Shown: one piece after another, positions 61,750-64,000 of the stretch
Numbering within the stretch: position 1 is the first letter of the stretch
Layout: the number at the start of each line of letters is the position of its first letter
Source of the DNA: Candidatus Nomurabacteria bacterium RIFCSPLOWO2_01_FULL_41_18
GTDB taxonomy: Bacteria > Patescibacteriota > Minisyncoccia > Phycocordibacterales > UBA9973
DNA length: 64,000 nt
Direction: 5' to 3'
Assembly (NCBI GenBank): GCA_001785865.1
Contig: MFUZ01000002.1
Span: 22,128 to 86,127 of the forward strand
Program-made: the position numbers and the translations under genes
Notes under the pieces: generated by a model
Told to the model about the DNA's origin: nothing
The model's database searches: none
What the model saw: only the letters and a program-made list of their open reading frames with translations

Positions 61750-61795
61750 TTAGGAATAGAAAACCTTCTTGTTTTTAATAATCCCCAACGTGTAT

Positions 61796-61824
61796 TTGAC
61801 AAAAAAAGGGAAATAGAGTAGGGT
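61796..61824 (+). promoter_or_regulatory. Probable rpoB promoter
   Basis: TTGACA, 17 nt, TAGGGT. Confidence 0.5.
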
Positions 61825-62007
61825 GAATAGGATTCATTGATTGAGTATCGGATGCAATCTTGGTTGTCTATTACCAGGTTTTTAACTTAATCATCTAAAT
61901 AAATTTAGAAAACTAAGGAACTTAGTGACTGTAGTTTTCTTATCCCTCACTTGCAATCAAGTGAGGGATGGGATTTTTATAATCACTTCGTTCTTTAAAA
62001 ATCACTC

Positions 62008-64000
62008 ATGCATACGATAAGCAGTCGTCCCAAGAAGTATTTTTCCAGATATAAAAAGCCTTTAACCGAATTTCCAAATCTGATCGAAGCTCAGATGAAG
62101 TCTTTTGACTGGCTGGTGAAAACCGGCATTGGAGAAGTTTTCAAAGAATTCTCTGCCATCAGCGATTACTCAGCAAAAAAGTTTCAGCTTGAATTCACAT
62201 CTTATTCCTTGGGTGAGTCCAAGACTGGAGAAAATGACTCAAAAATAAACAAACTATCCTATCAAGGATTGCTGAAAGCTCGGGTAAAATTGACTAATAA
62301 AATTTTAGGTACGGTAAAGGAGCAGGAGATCTTCATGTCCGAATTTCCTCTGATGACTGCGCACGGAACTTTCATCATAAACGGAGTAGAGCGCGTCATT
62401 GTGCCACAGCTCGCTAGGAGCTTCGGGGTTTTCTTTACTGAATCAGAAAGTAAAGGAAATAGATATTTCGGCGCTAAAATCATTCCTGCCCGCGGAGTTT
62501 GGATCGAAATAGAGTCGGAATCAGATGGTGCGATCTATGTGCGCATAGACAAGAAACGAAAATTTCCTGCCACAGCGCTCTTGCGAGCGCTCGGCTATGA
62601 GAGCAATGAAGCTATACTGAAGGCTTTTTCCTCTAGTCCCATTTTCGAGGAGACGATCAAAACTTGCCTTTCTAAGGACGGAGTCAAAAGCGTGAGCGAT
62701 TCATATATTGAAATTTACAAGCGCCTTCGAGACGGGGATATGGCCACTGCCGAAAATGCAAAGGAGTTCATCAATTCTCTATTTACCGCAGAGAGATATG
62801 ATCTTTCTCCGGTCGGCCGTTTTAGATTCAATAAACGCTTTGATAAGGCTACTGATGAGGCTTCACTAGCCAGGAGGACCATATCCAAGGACGATCTAGT
62901 GACAGTGATCATGCATATCATCACCTTGAACAACACTCCAGACGCGAAGAGCGACGACATAGACCATTTGGGTCAGAGGCGTGTGCGATTTGTAGGTGAA
63001 ATCTTGCAACAGAAAGTACGCACCGGAATGATGCAGATCAAGAGAAACATCCAAGACAGAATGTCGATTATCGATGTGGATACGGCGATGCCGATTGCGA
63101 TCATCAACCAGCGCCCGCTCCAAGCCCGTATCAAAGAATTTTTTACCACCAACCAGCTCTCTCAATTCATGGCGCAAGAGAATGTGCTTTACGAAATAGA
63201 GCATTTGCGTACACTCTCCGCGCTCGGACCAGGCGGTCTCACTCGCGAGCGAGCTGGTCTAGAAGTCCGCGATGTGCATCCTTCCCACTATGGGCGAGTC
63301 TGCCCGATTCATACGCCGGAAGGCCCGAACATCGGACTCATCTTACACCTTTCGACTTACGCCAAGATAAATGAATTTGGAATTATCGAAACTCCATACA
63401 TCAAAGTCAAAAATGGAAAGCTGACCAACGAAGTCGTGTATCTAAATGCGCTGGAAGAGGAAAAATACAACATCGCTCATGCAGGAATTCCTTATGACTC
63501 TAATGGAAATATAACCGAAGAAAAAGTAGAAGCCAGGATCAAGACCGAACCGGGCGCAGTCAGCAAGAAAGAAGTGGATTTTATCGACGTTGCTCCAAAC
63601 CAGGCCTTTTCCGTGGCGACTTCGATGATTCCGTTTTTGGAACACAACAACGCGAATCGGGCGCTCATGGGATCAAACATGCAGAAGCAGGCTGTGCCGT
63701 GCGTATTGCCAGAAGCTCCGCTTATTGCGACAGGAATGGAAGAAATGGCGGCGCGATATTCAGGCAGATTGATCGTGTCCGAAGAGGATGGCGTCGTTTC
63801 TTACTTGGATGCCAAGAAGATCACAGTCAAAGGAAAATCTGAAAAAGCTTCGAAGACGTATGATCTCGTCAATTTCATGAGGAATAACAACTTTGCTGTG
63901 TTTCATCAGCGTCCACTCGTCAATGTCGGCGACAAGGTAAAGAAGGGCGATGTCTTGGCGGATACGAGCAGTACAGTAGGCGGGCAAATTTCTCTCGGTC
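62008..64000 (+). CDS. rpoB: RNA polymerase beta subunit, 3'-truncated by window (absent from ORF track)
   Basis: Translation from ATG 62008 gives FPNLIEAQ, GTFIINGVERVIV, DDIDHLGQRRVR, LSALGPGGLTRERAGLEVRDVHPSHYGRVCPI, NRALMGSNMQKQA. Confidence 0.98.
   Translation, partial: MHTISSRPKKYFSRYKKPLTEFPNLIEAQMKSFDWLVKTGIGEVFKEFSAISDYSAKKFQLEFTSYSLGESKTGENDSKINKLSYQGLLKARVKLTNKILGTVKEQEIFMSEFPLMTAHGTFIINGVERVIVPQLARSFGVFFTESESKGNRYFGAKIIPARGVWIEIESESDGAIYVRIDKKRKFPATALLRALGYESNEAILKAFSSSPIFEETIKTCLSKDGVKSVSDSYIEIYKRLRDGDMATAENAKEFINSLFTAERYDLSPVGRFRFNKRFDKATDEASLARRTISKDDLVTVIMHIITLNNTPDAKSDDIDHLGQRRVRFVGEILQQKVRTGMMQIKRNIQDRMSIIDVDTAMPIAIINQRPLQARIKEFFTTNQLSQFMAQENVLYEIEHLRTLSALGPGGLTRERAGLEVRDVHPSHYGRVCPIHTPEGPNIGLILHLSTYAKINEFGIIETPYIKVKNGKLTNEVVYLNALEEEKYNIAHAGIPYDSNGNITEEKVEARIKTEPGAVSKKEVDFIDVAPNQAFSVATSMIPFLEHNNANRALMGSNMQKQAVPCVLPEAPLIATGMEEMAARYSGRLIVSEEDGVVSYLDAKKITVKGKSEKASKTYDLVNFMRNNNFAVFHQRPLVNVGDKVKKGDVLADTSSTVGGQISLG

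Overview
Chromosomal window of a small-genome, AT-rich bacterium. Gene content (streamlined PheS/PheT/ThrS, type IV pilus/competence cluster, PaaX/Cas2-like and GIY-YIG orphans) suggests Patescibacteria/CPR, Parcubacteria-like; this is inference. It is mostly housekeeping: infC-rpmI-rplT, smpB-ssrA, ftsH, recG, pil cluster, ligA, pheST, gyrB, thrS, rnc-smc, rnr, rpsP-khpA-trmD and the 5' part of rpoB. No CRISPR array, prophage or transposase was seen. The unusual signals are mostly below gene scale. (1) Four copies of an ~85-nt element with a fixed 42-nt core and copy-specific 21-23-bp inverted arms sit in frame in ligA, truB, pheS and pheT; covariation points to folding on the antisense strand. 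(2) Many other short palindromic families are inserted in frame in conserved proteins, some nested and one with an inverted copy of its target. (3) Two unusual tRNAs, Ser(ACU) and Ile(UAU), the latter inside a GIY-YIG/repeat module. (4) A PaaX/Cas2-like gene is bracketed by two 36-bp spaced palindromes. (5) An SF2 helicase is fused to a sigma70 region-4-like domain. (6) A short SMC has a CxxC zinc hook in place of a hinge. (7) A 6S-like ncRNA candidate. (8) Leaderless-type promoters are pervasive. All calls were made by eye; no searches were run.
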